Shown: positions 63,321-64,000 of the stretch, one piece after another
How the letters are laid out: the number at the start of each line of letters is the position of its first letter
How positions within the stretch are numbered: the stretch's first letter is position 1
Virus record (IMG/VR): IMGVR_UViG_3300046001_006524
Span: 5,205-69,204 of that record
DNA: 64,000 bases
Reading direction: 5' to 3' (one strand)
Source of the DNA: a virus
Position numbers and translations under genes: made by a program
Notes under the pieces: model-generated
What the model was told of the DNA's origin: nothing
The model's database searches: none
What the model saw: only the letters and a program-made list of their open reading frames with translations

Positions 63321-63569
63321 ATGAACTCAATTACAATAACTTATCGTTTAATAAAGCAATTTAAAACGCATAATCATATACAATTATCCGATTGCGGAAA
63401 GTATTTTAACATTAAAAGTTCAAAAGAGATTAAATTGAAAGTTTGCGGAAGTTCTATTGGTATTTGGCTTGATCCAAAAACATTCCTAATTAAGTCTAAG
63501 ATAAAAGATAATTTAGAATTGATACCTAAATATCAAACTTACCTAAATGATATTCTTACAAACTTATAA
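63321..63569 (+). CDS. small basic protein terminating the cassette array
   Basis: 82 aa, QLSDCGKYFNIKS..GSSIGIWL, beta-rich and basic. Confidence 0.6.
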   Translation: MNSITITYRLIKQFKTHNHIQLSDCGKYFNIKSSKEIKLKVCGSSIGIWLDPKTFLIKSKIKDNLELIPKYQTYLNDILTNL

Positions 63570-63573
63570 GCAC

Positions 63574-63611
63574 AAAAAAAAACGGTAGTCATTAATTTGG
63601 CTACCGTTTTT
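63574..63611. terminator. bidirectional intrinsic terminator
   Basis: A9-CGGTAG..CTACCG-T5 between convergent genes. Confidence 0.8.
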
Positions 63612-63626
63612 CTGTTTTAAGACGTT

Positions 63627-63971
63627 TTAACGCACTCTCATTATACTATTTATAACATTCTCCCACTCATTTGATTTAACGCTGTTAGAGATTACTAAAG
63701 CACGTCCTAACTTCATTCTTACTTCGTTAAATTTAAAATCTTTATTAGTTTCTGCTTCTTTTTTAAACTCCGTATCTAAATAGTTTAGTACTCCTTCGTT
63801 ATTTATTTGCATACCTTCTCCCTCACAGTAATTTGACCATTCTGAATTAAAGTTTTCTAATTTTAATATGGCAAATTCCCTTTTTTCTTCAATTTCCAAA
63901 AGTCTTTTTAGTAAACTCTCTACCTTACTATCTTCCATAAGGCTTTCAATATTCTTTAAAATCTTTGGCAC
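63627..63971 (-). CDS. hypothetical protein, probably extending beyond the window
   Basis: Minus-strand ORF ending at the bidirectional terminator. Confidence 0.5.
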   Translation of the reverse strand: MPKILKNIESLMEDSKVESLLKRLLEIEEKREFAILKLENFNSEWSNYCEGEGMQINNEGVLNYLDTEFKKEAETNKDFKFNEVRMKLGRALVISNSVKSNEWENVINSIMRVR

Positions 63972-64000
63972 ATTAGCGAATGAAGCGAAATCTGCAATTC

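Noticed and set aside
1-64000. Stop-codon reassignment as in some crAss-like phages
   Set aside because: Long genes are intact in the standard code, and TAA, TAG and TGA all end tightly packed genes.

Overview
This is an AT-rich (about 30% GC by eye), gene-dense stretch of a tailed dsDNA phage genome. Host-type TAnnTTTG promoters, A-rich start contexts without Shine-Dalgarno sites, and DUF3127/DUF4373-type genes point to a Bacteroidota host, probably Flavobacteriaceae. The virion module (terminase, portal, scaffold, major capsid, two ring proteins, tail stabiliser, three ejection proteins, no tape measure) implies a podovirus-like particle. Layout: 1-5.8 kb (+) recombination/replication genes with a lambda-O-like iteron origin; 5.8-55.8 kb mostly (-) virion, lysis, fibre, chaperonin and nucleotide/methylation genes, interrupted by three (+) islands; 55.8-56.8 kb a strand-skewed non-coding switch region; 56.8-63.6 kb (+) small early genes. 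I saw no integrase, DNA/RNA polymerase, tRNA or CRISPR array. Main observations: (1) an array at 62.2-63.3 kb of alternating AAC..GTT / GTT..AAC inverted-repeat-bounded segments, resembling integron attC cassettes, that carry small genes or gene halves; (2) a genome-wide 19-bp palindrome (ARTAY-N9-RTAYT) in 22-bp-phased pairs over most promoters; (3) a kissing-loop/terminator RNA leader before the replication initiator, with a matching sequence in a second structured element at 36.7 kb; (4) a 3049-aa polyvalent ejection protein with three ADP-ribosyltransferase-like domains and two domains bounded by direct repeats. Protein family calls are from motif recognition by eye, not database searches.
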